DNA of 63,989 nucleotides, counting the filler, from Stramenopiles sp. TOSAG23-6 (lineage: Eukaryota): NCBI GenBank assembly GCA_900128565.1. It is 5 parts of 5 records of this genome, joined end to end, with 100 filler letters (N's around TTAATTAATTAA, not from the genome) between each part and the next. Parts side by side here need not be neighbours in the genome. Positions count along the whole stretch, not along the records: positions 1 to 12,786 come from LT636188.1; positions 12,887 to 25,671 come from LT636189.1; 3 more parts are not named here. The stretch is one strand, 5' to 3'. The translations under genes and the position numbers were made by a program. This document shows positions 12,110 to 24,022 of this stretch, piece by piece (within the stretch, counting starts at the first letter, position 1; each line of letters starts with the position of its first letter). The notes beneath the pieces are model-generated. The model was not told the origin of the DNA, did not search any database, and saw nothing but the letters and a program-made list of their open reading frames with translations.

Positions 12110-12731
12110 ATGAAGGACGTGTTTTCGTATTTCGTGTCCTGGATTGCATCAATTGGTTTCATTGTTACCTTTCTCATTATGGACCTTTTTTTAGCAGAAG
12201 TGAAAGTGAGTGTCAGCCATAAAAACATTAATAGTGTTCTCAATCTTTCTTGTTTGAGGATGGCGCTAGTATTACAGCCATATTTAGTTGATAGTCTTTT
12301 TGTTTTTTGGTTCTGTAGCATATGGTTTGTACTCTGTCTACATCGTGAGTTTGATTCGCTTGGCAAATCGTCCTCATTTAAGTCCTGGGGTTTCGTTGGT
12401 GTTGGTATAGCACTCTTTCAACTTTCAACGGACTCGGCCATTTTCCACCTGAAAGATGTATGTTTTCATTTTTTTTTGCCTATTTTTTTTTCGTACGAAA
12501 TTTTGTACCTAACGATTTTTTTTGAAATATTTTTTCACAATACATGATGTTCTCTATGGAGTTATAGTTTTTGTGTTTGGTTTATTTCTGTGGATTTTAT
12601 TTCTAATTTTATCCGTCACAACATCTAGTTATGACATTCGTGAAAATGTTCGGAGTTTTGATGTATTTAAAAAAATTATGAGAGAAAACTTTGTACTTTC
12701 TTCTGAAGTTGGTATAAAAAAGTCATTTGCA
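12110..12731 (+). CDS. Partial multi-pass membrane protein, cut by the scaffold end; intron 12458-12545 (GT-AT)
   Basis: Intron removal joins ORFs 12110 and 12522 in frame (HLKD|DVLYGVIVFVFGLFLWILFLIL). The 3' boundary is uncertain. Confidence 0.5.
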
Positions 12732-12786
12732 AGTACAAAAAAAAAAAAAAAAAAAAAAAATTCAAATTCAAATTGAAATTCCCAAT

Positions 12787-12886
12787 NNNNNNNNNNNNNN
12801 NNNNNNNNNNNNNNNNNNNNNNNNNNNNNNTTAATTAATTAANNNNNNNNNNNNNNNNNNNNNNNNNNNNNNNNNNNNNNNNNNNN
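12787..12886. other. Artificial scaffold linker
   Basis: N44-TTAATTAATTAA-N44, with stop codons in all six frames. Confidence 0.95.
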
Positions 12887-13307
12887 CACTTGCTATGTTT
12901 TTCACCGACATCGAAGCTATACTCTACTATTTAATGTATGCCGTGTGTGTGGTACATGAACTAAACTGGATATACTCAATCTGGGCCAAGAAAAGTATAA
13001 TGTGAAAAATATTGAATAGGACAAGCAAGAATAGTACGAAGAATACGAATGACTACTGGCGCGGCTGACTCAACGTCAACACGAAATCTTGGAATCTTCG
13101 ACCGTTAAAAAGAAATGAAACACTACGATCTTTTTTTTTGTAGACAACACAAATAGTATCTACTGTATATAGCTACTAGAAAAGACGTGTATGGCTACAG
13201 TAGTACTACGTATTACTCAGATACATACACTTCAAGTATTTCGTTTGAATACTCTTGATGCTATTTCTTAACATACGAGTAAATTGAACTTCGTTACACC
13301 CAAAAGA

Positions 13308-15314
13308 ATGCATAAAACTCTAAACATGCTTGGCCTTAATAAAGGAGGGAAGGCTGACTTTTCAATGAGTAAAAAAAACAGTACTGTGAACGCAAAAAAT
13401 AGCAACAAAGACAATATTGATGAAAACAAACAAATTGATGAACTTGACTCTCTTGTGAAACCAAATTCACCTATTCCACCTAAGAATATAGTAAAAAAAT
13501 CAAAGGATGTCAGGAACACTTTCAAACCCAACCGCCGACGAAGTCTTCGAATTTCTAATAGGAGTAAAAATAAATATTTTGCTCATATGCGCCCAGTAAG
13601 TAGCAGCACAGAAGAAACAACAGAAACAAATGCACTAACTCTAAGTTCACCGACTAATACTCTAGTTCATACTGTAGGTGCCACAACATATTGTAAGTTA
13701 ACTGATTTACTTTCTAACGAAAAATTGAGAAATAATGTGACTGTGTTAGATTTTCTTCGTAATGAACTCAAAGAGTTGAAGTATATAATATCAAATTGTA
13801 TTGTTGCAAGAAAAACTACGAAAAGAAAATTGAACGAATTACTTGGCCAAGAGATAGAAGACGCGAAAGAAATATTTAAACATATACAGCAATATTGCGA
13901 GTTGAAATCAAACAGAAATCTTAGCATTGTAAATCAATACATGAAAAAACTGCCAACTGTTGTGACGTTGTATAGGTTACTATATAAACCAGATACATTG
14001 GCAAGTATGCTAGCTCATCGATATAAGCAGTTAATAAATATAAGAAAAGAGCGCCAAAATATAATCAACACAAAAAAAGTTGAAGCAAAAAAAGAAACAG
14101 ATTCAAATAGTCAACCTATATGGGAATATACTGCTACAAGTGATATGACTACTTTTCTTAAGAGTAGTATAAAGGAAATAGAGTTGGATTTAAAAGACAT
14201 AAAAAATAATACATTGAAAACTACACCACATAGTAATACAAAAGGAAAAAAAACATTTTCCGGGCATTATGGTGAATTTCGTTTGGAATGTTTAGATGTA
14301 AAAAGAGTTGATATGTTGAAATACTTACGAAAGACTCAAAATAATCGATTATCCATTGAAGCTCATGAAGTAAGGATTCTAAAGAATGTATTCAATTGGA
14401 AACGTAAAAGGAACAAAATAAAATCTCAAGCAATTGATGCCTTATCCAAAGCTAAAAATGTTTCCAAGGTACAATTTGTAAAAGCTGTAAATGAATGTTG
14501 CAAAACCTTGGGTCGTATTTATCACTCTTCTGATGGAGAATGGATATCAGCTGAAGCAGCTGAAGATCATATTGTTCGGAAAGCAGTAACACAAATTAAA
14601 GCAGCACAACATCGCACCATTTTAGAAGAGAATGAAAAGGGTGAAAAACTTATTGCTCATCATAAAAAACAAGTAGAATTTGAATTGCGTGATTTTCGAG
14701 TTGGGCAGGCAGAAGAGTGTGCGATTATTTTGCAACGCGATGATACTCTTATTCGCGAAATACAAGCAAAAGACTTTGCAAAAGCAGCTGTATTGTGGAA
14801 TGGAAAGACTGAAACAAAAAATAGTGATATTCATGGATTAAGAGAAGAACTTATGAAATTAAATAATCATCTCGCTAATGTAGAAAAACGCTCTGCAAAA
14901 CTGTTTCGGGATAACCAAAGGCGAACTATTATTTCAAGTGATATTGAAGCACAGGCATGTAGACGTGAGTTGTTGCGGTTGCGTTTATTAGGGTTATTGA
15001 AAAGGCGAAATTGGTTGGTTAACAAATTAGATCATTTGAAGGATATTTATCAAAAACAATTGTATGGTGAAAGCATGGATGACAATATGTGTCTACATGA
15101 ATCAATTAGTGAGCTAGATGAAGTAAGAGACGAAATGGATGGAGAATTAAAGGTTTTAGATGATTTAATATATCGTTTGTGTCGACGTAAAATTTGGCTT
15201 CAAGATCAACTTCCATCAAAAGATAAACACGACTTCAGTAAAGCTGAATTATGTATGTATAGTGAGTTGTCATTGCTGGATCAATTAGATTTACCAGATG
15301 ATATGCTAGAATAA
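13308..15314 (+). CDS. Unknown coiled-coil protein
   Basis: Intron-free ORF of about 670 aa, rich in K/E/L. Confidence 0.7.
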   Translation: MHKTLNMLGLNKGGKADFSMSKKNSTVNAKNSNKDNIDENKQIDELDSLVKPNSPIPPKNIVKKSKDVRNTFKPNRRRSLRISNRSKNKYFAHMRPVSSSTEETTETNALTLSSPTNTLVHTVGATTYCKLTDLLSNEKLRNNVTVLDFLRNELKELKYIISNCIVARKTTKRKLNELLGQEIEDAKEIFKHIQQYCELKSNRNLSIVNQYMKKLPTVVTLYRLLYKPDTLASMLAHRYKQLINIRKERQNIINTKKVEAKKETDSNSQPIWEYTATSDMTTFLKSSIKEIELDLKDIKNNTLKTTPHSNTKGKKTFSGHYGEFRLECLDVKRVDMLKYLRKTQNNRLSIEAHEVRILKNVFNWKRKRNKIKSQAIDALSKAKNVSKVQFVKAVNECCKTLGRIYHSSDGEWISAEAAEDHIVRKAVTQIKAAQHRTILEENEKGEKLIAHHKKQVEFELRDFRVGQAEECAIILQRDDTLIREIQAKDFAKAAVLWNGKTETKNSDIHGLREELMKLNNHLANVEKRSAKLFRDNQRRTIISSDIEAQACRRELLRLRLLGLLKRRNWLVNKLDHLKDIYQKQLYGESMDDNMCLHESISELDEVRDEMDGELKVLDDLIYRLCRRKIWLQDQLPSKDKHDFSKAELCMYSELSLLDQLDLPDDMLE

Positions 15315-15356
15315 TAAATGTATTTTTATGTATTTATGCAACGTTTATTTATTTAC

Positions 15357-18300
15357 TCATTCACGCAACTCACACAATTGTAACAATGAGCGTGAAATAT
15401 CTTTGGTATCTTCATCACGGGCATACTCCATCTTGACAGCTAGTCGCAGTTTTCCTAAACTAAGCAACGATGATCTTTTCTCTGACGGAACGTGATTAGC
15501 AGCAGCTAACAACAACCGAAGTGTAGCATCACGCACCTCAATCTCAGGAGCATCTAGTGCAGCTGATAAATATTTGGATGTTTTCATTGCAGTATCATAA
15601 TCTTGTAATGCATCAGCCATTCCTTTCTGTACTGCGCCTTTGCTTAAACTATCTAGTTTTCTCAGACAATAGCTACCAAGAAGGCGCAATTCTTCTACGG
15701 TTGTTTTATCTCCTGATGAAGTAAAAGATAAAGCTATAAGAGACGATACACCACGACCTTGATACAATGGACGCCAACACTCATTTATGGGATTATCTGA
15801 TTCATTTGCTGTATCCAAAGACTTCTGTAGTAATACGAGAAGTAGTCCAGCAATACCAACATCAACACCAGTACAAATAGCGTTGACAAGAGGACTAATA
15901 AATGTATCACGCGTGCCTACCTCTGGAAGTAGATTAAGAATTGCTCGGATAGTGGCAAGTAATGCTCGGGAGAGTGGTGGATATTCTAGTTGAGAGGATA
16001 TATAATCTAACAAACCAATACCATTGTCGACCTCTGCTATGAGTAATGCTTCTGCAATGTTAGATTGAGAAGGTTTTCTGTTTGTCGAATTAATCGAATC
16101 GCATTGTAGTTCCATTAAACAGAAATTTTCTAGGGATCTCAGCGAATATTGTGGAACAGGTTTCGCTTCTTGTAGTAGAGCTGGAAATGCGGGAAGGAAA
16201 GACTCAACAGCTAGCTTTCGACGGTATTTGTTTACACTAGATGTAACAGATGAAGTCATATTTCGATTAATTGTGAGAAATCTTGTAAATAATCGCATGC
16301 ATACTTCAAGAATTTCCTGTCCATTACCTTCTTCTTGTTCATAAATATTTTCAGAATCGTTGAGGTTCACACATGCCCATGCAGTCCCCATTGCAAGTAT
16401 TGAAGGAAGTAAGTGTAACATTATTACTTCACACATTTTGTCATTTCCACTAAACATTCCAGGTTGTTGCGACAGACGTTCAAGTATTAGAAGAATTGTA
16501 TCTGTGGTAGATTGTATAGATTTGCGAGATAATACTCCTTCAGTGTTTCTAGCATGTTTGACCAACTCAAATACACATGCCCCTACGTCGGATAATAATT
16601 CAGATGTAAACATTTTAGTACGTACAACACCACACCCTGCAAAGTATAACAATGCACTTGCATCTGAAGTTGAACGCAATAGTGCCTCATTAAGTTTTGA
16701 TGTAGGTTGTAAGAGAATTTTTTTCATGTCAGTGACTGAACTTCTAACTGAAGAACAAACGACATCAAGAAGAATATTCATTGAGTTTTTTAAATATTTT
16801 GTCTCCCAAGTTATTTTTTGTTTCGATTTCTGTGGATGAATTCCTCGAGGTTCTAGAATTCTATTCATAACATTTTGAAGTTTATGATTACTTCCACCTT
16901 CTTTGCAGCAAAAGTTTAGTAATACTGTCCGGCGATGTGTCACAAAATTACTAATACAAAGTGCAGCTTTTGCTTGAATAACTTCAGTTTCCCCTTGAGC
17001 TAGAGCTCTAAGAATCAAAACTCGCAGTTTACCATCAGCAAGTAGTTTTTTACGTAGAGACGAAATACCTGATGACAAATTTGTACATTTCGAATTTGTA
17101 CTAGTTTGAGAAAAACACAAGTTCAATAAGTTAAGTGAACTTTGCTGAAGGAAACGATTCTTTCGCCCAATTGCATTCATAATAAATTTCAATCCTCCTC
17201 TACTTATTGTTAGTGTTATATGATTGTTATTGTGACGGAGAAGTTGACAAAGTGCACCTGCTGCTGTTATACGAAGATTGTCAGTATAAGAAACATGACA
17301 TAAACCAAGCAAAGCTTTTACTACATCATTTTCAATAAGTCTTGGGAATCTGAGTCGTTTCTTACCCAAAACATTTTCAACTGTCTTTGCTGCGTAATGC
17401 CGTACAATGAGATCATCATCGGATTTTAGGCATTGTACCAATCTTGTTAAATGCACAGCACCAACTGACCAATGTCCAACTTCCACTGGTTTCAGTGATG
17501 AATTATCCATTTGTATACTAACATAAAATATAAGTTCACCAGCCGCGGCAATGGCTGATCGACGAACATCAATACTATGATGACGAAGAAGATCAGTTAA
17601 TGCAGTCAGAAGACCATCAGCACAAAGTTCAGGGGTAATATATGCTGCTCGTCGGACAAGACCACCCAAAAGAAATAATATAGCACGCTTGAGAGTCACT
17701 GAATCATATTGTTTCAATAATTTGATAAAGAGAGTCATCAGCGATGAATTGACAATGAGATTAGCTATTTTAGAAGACGAGATTAGTGTTGATAGATATG
17801 ATAAAATGTTTTCTTTTGATGTCACGTGCAATTTACCTGCAAGAAGTTTATAGACTGTAGCAAAGAATGCTTCTAATTTACCATCAGTACTACTTAGTAA
17901 TTTCATTACCTGCTTTGATGAGAGTGGTTCAAATGGGAGGGTTGAAAGCCGTGCTTTAAATTTCGGGATGTTACCAATTAATCTATTTGCAAATATAGGT
18001 TTTACATTTGTGTCTGTCTTGCACCACAGTAATTGATCCATATCCATTGTTGTTTTTTCAATATTTTTATCAACTTCGGCTTTAATACTATTACGTCTAT
18101 TTACTTCTTCTCTATATTGCCTTTTCGCTTCTAGCCTATCTTGCACCTTTACTTTTGCCTCTGTAACTTGCTGTATCATATTTTGTGATTTGTGTAAAGT
18201 TGGACCATCATCTCGTTGATGAAGATTTGTAATATTTTTAGAACGTTTTCCTATCGAAGCAGGAGAAAAGTCTACTATTTGATCAGAGCCATTTAATATA

Positions 18301-19733
18301 ATATCTTTTGTGGTTTCTGAAACACCTGATTGTATCAAATTATTTGAATTATTAGAATTAAAACTATTAGAATTTGAATCATTAGAATTTGAACTATTAG
18401 AATTACTATGTCTAGCAATGAGAATTTCATTTGAATGAGTTTTTTGATCAGTCATATTCAAACGAGTAAATATTCCAGAATGCAATTCTTCATCCTCTTC
18501 AATTTCATTTGATGATATGTTTTCATCATCTTTTACTTTCTCAGTTCCACTAGAAGTAGTATTATCAATAGAATCAGATGACTTACTACTTGAATCAGTC
18601 GAAATTCCAATATTTAAATTTCTTTTGGCTGCCTTTGATAAGCCATTGACATCAATACTTTTTCTCATTGTATGTAATACCCTTGATATTTCAGATGGTA
18701 GAACACCAGTTAATGCAAGTGCATCATCTTCTTCACTACTTTCTTCTTTTTTTACATCAATATTATTTGATATATTTGTATCGATTTGTTTTGAACTATT
18801 TTCAAGTAATAAAAATTCTACAAATTTATCAAATAAAGGTTGATGTGGTAATTTACCACCACTTTCATCACTATCTGGATCAGGAATCAACTTAATACCA
18901 TTGCCTTCCCAAAATGGATGGGTTCGTAGTTGTGACCATGTTAGTCTACGAGAAGCATCCTTTTCGAGCATACCAACCATTAAATCTCGAAACTCACTAC
19001 TCACAACGTCAACTGTACTAGAGTTACCAGAAGAGTCAGAAGAGCCTTCCTCTGAAGAAATTGTAAAATCAGGAGTTTCGTTTGCAATTTTCCAAATAAG
19101 TTCCTTCAAACTAGATGACTCAAATGGCTTTCTTTTAAACCGTAACATGTACAGTAAAACACCAAAAGACCATATATCAGAGGCATAACTATGAATACCT
19201 TTAGTTAAATAGAGTTCAGGTGCCATGAAAGCTGGAGTGCCTTCTTTTCTCCTTTGACCAGAAGTTTCTGTATCATCCTCTAATGGGACATTCTGTGAAA
19301 GTGTAAATCCCGATATTTTAAGACAACCGTAACTATTAAAAAACACGTTTCCTGGTTTAATGTCGCAGTGAAGAACTGAAGAGCGATGAATATAATTAAT
19401 ACCAGCCATTAAGTCTAAACCAAGTGTTCTTGTCCATTTTTCAGTACAACCTCCATTATTCATATCTTGCTCACACATGATCTGATATGACCCACCTGTG
19501 CGATATTCTTCTACTACCCATATGTGATTTCGTGTTTCGTACCAATTATGAAACAGAAGAACATTTCGGTGTTTTAGTGTATGTTGTAGATGAACTGCGT
19601 TGCGGATCTTTGGTAATAACGATTTTGGATTGGACGTGACAGTGACGTAATCAAAACTTTTCTTCCGACGAGCTTTGTAGGATATAGAATCATCTGCCCG
19701 GGATAGCTCTTCATATACATGGTAGTTTTCCAT
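15357..19733 (-). CDS. ULK4: ULK4/RUNKEL-family pseudokinase with C-terminal HEAT/ARM repeats
   Basis: MENYHVYEEL..YKARRKK, FHNWYETRNHIW and HCDIKPGN; the VAIK lysine and DFG are absent, as in ULK4; long helical-repeat tail. Confidence 0.88.
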   Translation of the reverse strand: MENYHVYEELSRADDSISYKARRKKSFDYVTVTSNPKSLLPKIRNAVHLQHTLKHRNVLLFHNWYETRNHIWVVEEYRTGGSYQIMCEQDMNNGGCTEKWTRTLGLDLMAGINYIHRSSVLHCDIKPGNVFFNSYGCLKISGFTLSQNVPLEDDTETSGQRRKEGTPAFMAPELYLTKGIHSYASDIWSFGVLLYMLRFKRKPFESSSLKELIWKIANETPDFTISSEEGSSDSSGNSSTVDVVSSEFRDLMVGMLEKDASRRLTWSQLRTHPFWEGNGIKLIPDPDSDESGGKLPHQPLFDKFVEFLLLENSSKQIDTNISNNIDVKKEESSEEDDALALTGVLPSEISRVLHTMRKSIDVNGLSKAAKRNLNIGISTDSSSKSSDSIDNTTSSGTEKVKDDENISSNEIEEDEELHSGIFTRLNMTDQKTHSNEILIARHSNSNSSNSNDSNSNSFNSNNSNNLIQSGVSETTKDIILNGSDQIVDFSPASIGKRSKNITNLHQRDDGPTLHKSQNMIQQVTEAKVKVQDRLEAKRQYREEVNRRNSIKAEVDKNIEKTTMDMDQLLWCKTDTNVKPIFANRLIGNIPKFKARLSTLPFEPLSSKQVMKLLSSTDGKLEAFFATVYKLLAGKLHVTSKENILSYLSTLISSSKIANLIVNSSLMTLFIKLLKQYDSVTLKRAILFLLGGLVRRAAYITPELCADGLLTALTDLLRHHSIDVRRSAIAAAGELIFYVSIQMDNSSLKPVEVGHWSVGAVHLTRLVQCLKSDDDLIVRHYAAKTVENVLGKKRLRFPRLIENDVVKALLGLCHVSYTDNLRITAAGALCQLLRHNNNHITLTISRGGLKFIMNAIGRKNRFLQQSSLNLLNLCFSQTSTNSKCTNLSSGISSLRKKLLADGKLRVLILRALAQGETEVIQAKAALCISNFVTHRRTVLLNFCCKEGGSNHKLQNVMNRILEPRGIHPQKSKQKITWETKYLKNSMNILLDVVCSSVRSSVTDMKKILLQPTSKLNEALLRSTSDASALLYFAGCGVVRTKMFTSELLSDVGACVFELVKHARNTEGVLSRKSIQSTTDTILLILERLSQQPGMFSGNDKMCEVIMLHLLPSILAMGTAWACVNLNDSENIYEQEEGNGQEILEVCMRLFTRFLTINRNMTSSVTSSVNKYRRKLAVESFLPAFPALLQEAKPVPQYSLRSLENFCLMELQCDSINSTNRKPSQSNIAEALLIAEVDNGIGLLDYISSQLEYPPLSRALLATIRAILNLLPEVGTRDTFISPLVNAICTGVDVGIAGLLLVLLQKSLDTANESDNPINECWRPLYQGRGVSSLIALSFTSSGDKTTVEELRLLGSYCLRKLDSLSKGAVQKGMADALQDYDTAMKTSKYLSAALDAPEIEVRDATLRLLLAAANHVPSEKRSSLLSLGKLRLAVKMEYARDEDTKDISRSLLQLCELRE

Positions 19734-19959
19734 CAATCGTACACTAACAAATGAATTCAACCATGCATAAGACTTTTAGTAAAGAGTTTACTCTACTCTC
19801 TACCGTAGTTTCGATTTCGAATTTTGAGATTTGAATTTTCGTTTCAGAACACGAAATCCGGATTCGAAAAAGAATTCAGTTTTTTTTTGAGTTTGCGTTA
19901 AGACTACTTTACAAAGTTGTACTTTTTTAGACTACTATAAAATAAAATAATCTTTGGTC

Positions 19960-21864
19960 ATGTCAAAGTTTGATGATGAGATTCCACTAGACATTAACCT
20001 TGATCTTCTAGGTATTGATATCTCAGACAGCGATGATTCATCGTGCGCTGAAGACCAATCTGATGATGACTCTACTGTAGAAGCAGTTATTATTGATAGC
20101 AATACAGTCATCAGTAGTTGTGCTGATACCAATACTGTCATCAATAGTTGTGCTGATACTGAACCAAAACTGAGCGTTCAAGAATGTATTTCGTATCTTT
20201 CAATAACCTCTGATTTAGAGGTAAGTACAGCAGCTGCTAGGCGTTTGTGGATTCTCTCTGAAGAACATATTTATAACATGATAAAAGATATATCGCAGTG
20301 TGTGATCCTTCGAAAAGTGACGGGAACTGATGAGTTTGAGTGCCTTTCAAAAACTGGTCTTTTCCAAAACGATACAATAATGACCCCTTATGTACGTTCA
20401 GCGATGATTATTATATTCTGCAATTGGTGTAGCTTTTGGTGTACTAAGGATATCACAGATATCTCATTAGATTGTGATATTTTGGTTTCTTTGTCTGGTA
20501 TAATAAGTGCAATATCAGTTTATGAAGCAAAGTTAACTTCAACTATGTCGTCAAGTAATAATAGTATTACCGGTATAATAAGTGTAAAAAAATGTGCTAA
20601 AAAATTTAATGATGCTGTTTTTGCATTACAGAGACATCATTCTGTTTTATTCAAGCATTCTTCTATATTTCGTGCTATGGTCGCAAAAACTTCAGAGTCA
20701 CTTGAGAAAATAAAAGAAAGAGCAGAAATTACAAAAGATGTCTATAATAAGAATGATAATTTATCATTATCAGTAAGACTTGAACATGAAAACTATTTGC
20801 AAGGTCGTAGCGTGAAAGAACTCAGTTTTCGTACATTTTCTTTTCATGGAAAATGTAATGAAAATATTGAGATAAAGTTATACCAACAAGGAACTGGTTT
20901 ATGTTATGGTACAGTTGTATGGGATGCAGGTGTAGAATTAGCTAGATATATTATCTCAAATCCAGATATAGTCACTGGGAAAACAATACTTGAGTTAGGT
21001 GCTGGAACCGGTGTTGTAGGAATTGCATGTGCTTGTTTGAAGTCTCCATATGAAGTGAAACGAATCTTACTCACAGATTTAGAGCATGCATTGGAAAATC
21101 TTTGTATGAATTGTAATCTTAACATTAGGCATTCGAATATGAATTTTAGTGATATCCAAGAAAAGGTTAGTGTTTTGCCGTTTTCTTTAGGTGGACCTAT
21201 ACCAGAAAATGTTGATGAATTTATTAATAGTGCAAATGAATGTTTAGTTATAGATGAAAATTCAAAAATAATTGATGATTCTATTCATTCTTTTTCTCCA
21301 TTAGTAATTTTATGTGGTGGTATGATTTATGATGGTGGATTTGATCTAGCTGGAATTTTACTACAATCATTATTTGAAATATCTGTGAATATTTGTTATC
21401 GTAATCAAAAAAAATTTAGAAACTTTGAAAATAGGCATAGAAAATGTACACAAGAAAATACAGAAACTAACGCAAAGTGTAAAATAGCTACTGAAACATA
21501 TACTATGATTGATTCTGCTCCAATTATCTATATAAGTTATTCAATGAGAGATCAAAATACTGAGAATTTTTTTTACAAACGAGCTAGTGAAAATTTTCAT
21601 GTAGAAGAAGTCAATAGTGATAGCTCAGCTACTGCATCTGCAGTCGGTGGAGGTCGTATTATTATTATTCGTTTACGTCTTTTAGATTCTGCCTTACAAA
21701 TTGCATTAGCCAAAATTTCAACTAGTAAAAATACAAAATTATCAAAGGATATTACTATTAGAAATTTTGTACCAATTAAATCAATGCAAGTATGGTGTGA
21801 AAAGTGCAAGCAATGGAATCCTAAACATGATTTGAATCAATGTACTACTAAAATCATTCAATAA
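19960..21864 (+). CDS. Seven-beta-strand protein lysine methyltransferase (Methyltransf_16; METTL21/EEF2KMT-like)
   Basis: GTVVWDAGVELARYI, GKTILELGAGTGVVGIA and LLTDL motifs. Confidence 0.8.
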   Translation: MSKFDDEIPLDINLDLLGIDISDSDDSSCAEDQSDDDSTVEAVIIDSNTVISSCADTNTVINSCADTEPKLSVQECISYLSITSDLEVSTAAARRLWILSEEHIYNMIKDISQCVILRKVTGTDEFECLSKTGLFQNDTIMTPYVRSAMIIIFCNWCSFWCTKDITDISLDCDILVSLSGIISAISVYEAKLTSTMSSSNNSITGIISVKKCAKKFNDAVFALQRHHSVLFKHSSIFRAMVAKTSESLEKIKERAEITKDVYNKNDNLSLSVRLEHENYLQGRSVKELSFRTFSFHGKCNENIEIKLYQQGTGLCYGTVVWDAGVELARYIISNPDIVTGKTILELGAGTGVVGIACACLKSPYEVKRILLTDLEHALENLCMNCNLNIRHSNMNFSDIQEKVSVLPFSLGGPIPENVDEFINSANECLVIDENSKIIDDSIHSFSPLVILCGGMIYDGGFDLAGILLQSLFEISVNICYRNQKKFRNFENRHRKCTQENTETNAKCKIATETYTMIDSAPIIYISYSMRDQNTENFFYKRASENFHVEEVNSDSSATASAVGGGRIIIIRLRLLDSALQIALAKISTSKNTKLSKDITIRNFVPIKSMQVWCEKCKQWNPKHDLNQCTTKIIQ

Positions 21865-21934
21865 TAAATATCAAGTTTTATGAAAATTTCTTTATATCGT
21901 GTGCTTCATCAGCATTATATACTGATATATATAA

Positions 21935-24022
21935 TTACAAACCATATGCCGCTAAACGCGATGATGAAAGTACACCCTTCTCGGGTTTCTTTTTGTTCTT
22001 CTCAGGTTTCTTTTTGTTCTCAGACTTAGCATTAAGTTCAATATTTTTTTTACTACTCTTGCGCCTCCTTTTCTTCTTCTTCTTTTCGTCACTTTGAGTA
22101 TCTTTTGATTTAATAATTACATCTGTTGTAACGGAAGCATCTGTAGTTATAGTCACTGGGTCTACTGTAACAGAATTATCGACTGTTGAAGACAAATTAC
22201 TATCAATTTTCTTTTCTTTTTTCGCTTTGTTTTTTTTACCTCCACGACCACGCTTTCGTTTTTTACCTCCTCGTAATGCACGTTCAGCTGCAGCTTTTTC
22301 TGCGGCAGCTTTTTCTCTCTCAATAGCTCGTTCTTTTTCTGCTTCACGCCATTTTTTAAGGAATTTTCTACGTTGTTCACCATGTACAAATACACTTTCT
22401 GTTCTATAAGGTGCAAGTTTCTTCAAACTCACTAATTGTTTCATATCTTTTTCAGATATTTGNATAATTTGTTCAGATGAAAGTCCAAAACTTTGTTTTT
22501 CGACTTTGCGGTAATGGAAACGAACAGGCGTATCACCAATAATATCTTCATAATCTAGTTTGTAAAGTTCATCAAATTTATCACGTGCTTCGTTTTTCTT
22601 TGTTACAAGAGAACCAGTATCATAATGTTGATCTTCATTTTGTTCCGTTTCTGGCCAATCATTTCCAGCATTTTCCATTGGTGGATACGCCTCTTCTTCT
22701 TGATAATGCCATTCAGAATCGTCTGCGTTACCTTGTGCAGCAGCATTAGCGAATGCATTATCTTCACATTCATAGTATTCATCATTAAACATAGAATTCA
22801 TTTGTTTGTCATACGCTGCAGGATCCCAATCACCTTCCAAATCAATATTAGCCAAACCTGAACTATCCACAGTACCAGTAATGTTTTCAATTTCTTTTAG
22901 TTTTGATTCAATTTCCTTTCGTTTGAGATTCTTCAAACGTTTAATTTGTTCTCTTTTCTTTGCCTTTTCAGCTTCTTTACGTTGAGCTCTAACAGCTCTG
23001 TCTTTTTTACGCTTATCTTTTTTTCGACGTAATGATCCAACAACAGTTCTAGAATGACCAGTTATTTTAGCACCTCCATCTTGTTCAAAACGGAAGTTAT
23101 ACTGTCTTTCAAAATCATCTGTTGCATCTAAATGATTCATATCTTTATCATCGTCATCATCAGGGGTAATAATAGGAGAAGACTGAACAATTTGTTGATA
23201 GTTTGGAGTTTTAAGAGAATCCATTTCTTCCCATTGACGCTGAGATATAAAATTCTGAAGAAATTCTTCATCGAGAGCCTTCTTTGATTTTTTTTGTTCT
23301 TTGCGCATTTTTTTTCCCTTAGCACCCTTTGGCAGTGGAAGAGGTTCAGAAGATGAGACAGAATGTACAGAATCATTATTTGTTCCTACATTTTGTGAAT
23401 GTTTTACAGTGAATAAACCTCCAATGCTTTCCTCATTCACATCACTATTATCACATGAATCATCACTATCATCAGAAATACTACCACTCAACGCATCAGT
23501 AAACTGTTGCTTCAACATTGATTGTTCTTCCACATAAGATTTACCAGAACTAGAAGGAGGACGAACTGGTTCATTCATTCCCGAATTCTCCCCAGCATTT
23601 AATAATTGCGTACGTACCAAATCCTTTACATATACAGGTTTCTTTTCTTTATTTGTTAATTCGATACCTTTACCTTTCGCTTCATCGTCAGTGTCGCTAT
23701 CATCAGAGTAAAATTTCACTTCATCTTTATATATTCGTGGGTCCTTATTCTTGATCATTTGAATGACATTTTCAATACAACTGTCTTTTTTTTCGGATAA
23801 CTGCTCACCAATGTCATCTTCAGATTCACTAGTCTCATCAGACTCATTTGGATCAATTTTTTCATACATTTCTTTGCGCTTAACTTGTTGCAACTCTTCT
23901 CGACGTTTGCGGTCATCGTAACGCTTTGCAAACTTCTTGTTTATACTGAACCCCTTCACCTCAGGTATATTTGTAGAAGCCTCGCTTTCATTCTGAAATA
24001 ATGACTTTTCAACCACTGTCAT
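21935..24022 (-). CDS. KRI1: KRI1, 40S ribosome biogenesis factor
   Basis: INKKFAKRYD..KRREEL, FERQYNFRFEQ, DYEDIIGDTPVRFHYRKV..SFGLS and C-terminal SRLAAYGL. Confidence 0.9.
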   Translation of the reverse strand: MTVVEKSLFQNESEASTNIPEVKGFSINKKFAKRYDDRKRREELQQVKRKEMYEKIDPNESDETSESEDDIGEQLSEKKDSCIENVIQMIKNKDPRIYKDEVKFYSDDSDTDDEAKGKGIELTNKEKKPVYVKDLVRTQLLNAGENSGMNEPVRPPSSSGKSYVEEQSMLKQQFTDALSGSISDDSDDSCDNSDVNEESIGGLFTVKHSQNVGTNNDSVHSVSSSEPLPLPKGAKGKKMRKEQKKSKKALDEEFLQNFISQRQWEEMDSLKTPNYQQIVQSSPIITPDDDDDKDMNHLDATDDFERQYNFRFEQDGGAKITGHSRTVVGSLRRKKDKRKKDRAVRAQRKEAEKAKKREQIKRLKNLKRKEIESKLKEIENITGTVDSSGLANIDLEGDWDPAAYDKQMNSMFNDEYYECEDNAFANAAAQGNADDSEWHYQEEEAYPPMENAGNDWPETEQNEDQHYDTGSLVTKKNEARDKFDELYKLDYEDIIGDTPVRFHYRKVEKQSFGLSSEQIXQISEKDMKQLVSLKKLAPYRTESVFVHGEQRRKFLKKWREAEKERAIEREKAAAEKAAAERALRGGKKRKRGRGGKKNKAKKEKKIDSNLSSTVDNSVTVDPVTITTDASVTTDVIIKSKDTQSDEKKKKKRRRKSSKKNIELNAKSENKKKPEKNKKKPEKGVLSSSRLAAYGL

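Noticed and set aside
12787-12886. TTAATTAATTAA recurring every ~12.9 kb as a biological periodicity
   Set aside because: It is a six-frame-stop linker between scaffolds that appear to be size-sorted; gene adjacency across linkers is meaningless.
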